Notes under the pieces: model-generated
Told to the model about the DNA's origin: nothing
What the model saw: the letters and a program-made list of their open reading frames with translations, nothing else
Databases searched by the model: none
Shown: one piece after another, positions 63,480 through 64,000 of the stretch
Layout of the letters: each line of letters starts with the position of its first letter
Numbering within the stretch: the first letter of the stretch is position 1
Assembly (NCBI RefSeq): GCF_006345805.1
Contig: NC_042998.1
Location: forward strand, 178,932,001-178,996,000
DNA from: Octopus sinensis
Lineage: Eukaryota
DNA length: 64,000 nucleotides
Reading direction: 5' to 3'
Program-made: the position numbers and the translations under genes

Positions 63480-63808
63480 TCGGTCAGACACTGACCATGG
63501 GTTTGCACCTAGAGAGTTACCCTCTGAGGTACAAGTCTGGGCAAGGTTATTTTTATGGAAGACCAGCAGTTGCCCGTGCATACTGGCCTCCCCTCTCCAC
63601 GTCACCGATGTTGTTCAAGGGAAAGGCAAGGGCCGATACAGCTTGGCACCTGTGACGTCGCAACTCATTTCTACAGCTGAGTGAACTGGAGCAACGTAAA
63701 ATAAAGTGTCTTGCTCAAGAACACAACATGCAGCCCGGTCCGGGATTCGAGCTCACAACCTCATGATCGTAAGCTCGACGCTCTAACCACTGAGCCACGC
63801 GCCTTACA
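63480..63808 (-). mobile_element. tRNA-derived SINE (another family)
   Basis: Head ggcgcgtggctcagtggttagagc...gctcgaatcccgg, then gtgttcttgagcaagacac; a diverged copy lies at about 53990-54310 (-). Confidence 0.85.
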
Positions 63809-64000
63809 CATGGTGATCATTAATAAGGCCATTACTGAAATTGCATACCTGACCTTGTCATTCTGCCCCCTTACACAGACTTAACCTTCATCATTCAATT
63901 TTCTGAGATTCGTGCTGCTGTGATTAGATGGTCAGTTAAACCTTACTCTCTCCCCACCTTACCATCAAGTTATATCTACCAATTTATGAGAGTCCTGTTA

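Noticed and set aside
49560-63808. tRNA-like heads at about 49600-49668, 59790-59855 and 63735-63808
   Set aside because: A/B boxes are present, but there is no complete cloverleaf, and each continues into a SINE body; they are not tRNA genes.

Overview
AT-rich, repeat-dense animal genomic DNA. The repeats resemble those of a coleoid cephalopod, most likely Octopus; this is recognition from memory of the SINE/RTE families and is not proven. Two nuclear-encoded mitochondrial genes can be fully reconstructed, with phase-consistent GT-AG introns and no in-frame stops: MRPL35 (minus strand, 3 coding exons, 197 aa) and IMMT/MIC60/mitofilin (plus strand, 13 coding exons, about 729 aa). They lie head-to-head with only 97 bp between the start codons and an ETS/GABP-type motif at the centre. 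The rest is intronic or intergenic. It contains RTE LINE fragments whose 3' UTR (66-67 bp tandem array, conserved end, (GAT)n tail) is the most abundant repeat, several tRNA-derived SINE families, two decayed mariners, a pogo-like MITE, a DD36E Tc1 element, foldback elements and microsatellites. The most notable unannotated signals are an apparently intact type I hammerhead ribozyme at about 49.94-50.05 kb and a foldback element carrying four degenerate hammerhead-like cores at 39.7-40.15 kb. Two exon-like segments of an unidentified minus-strand gene may lie at 61-62.6 kb. Most ORFs in the supplied track are spurious (repeat-derived). Repeat boundaries are approximate; exon boundaries were counted by hand.
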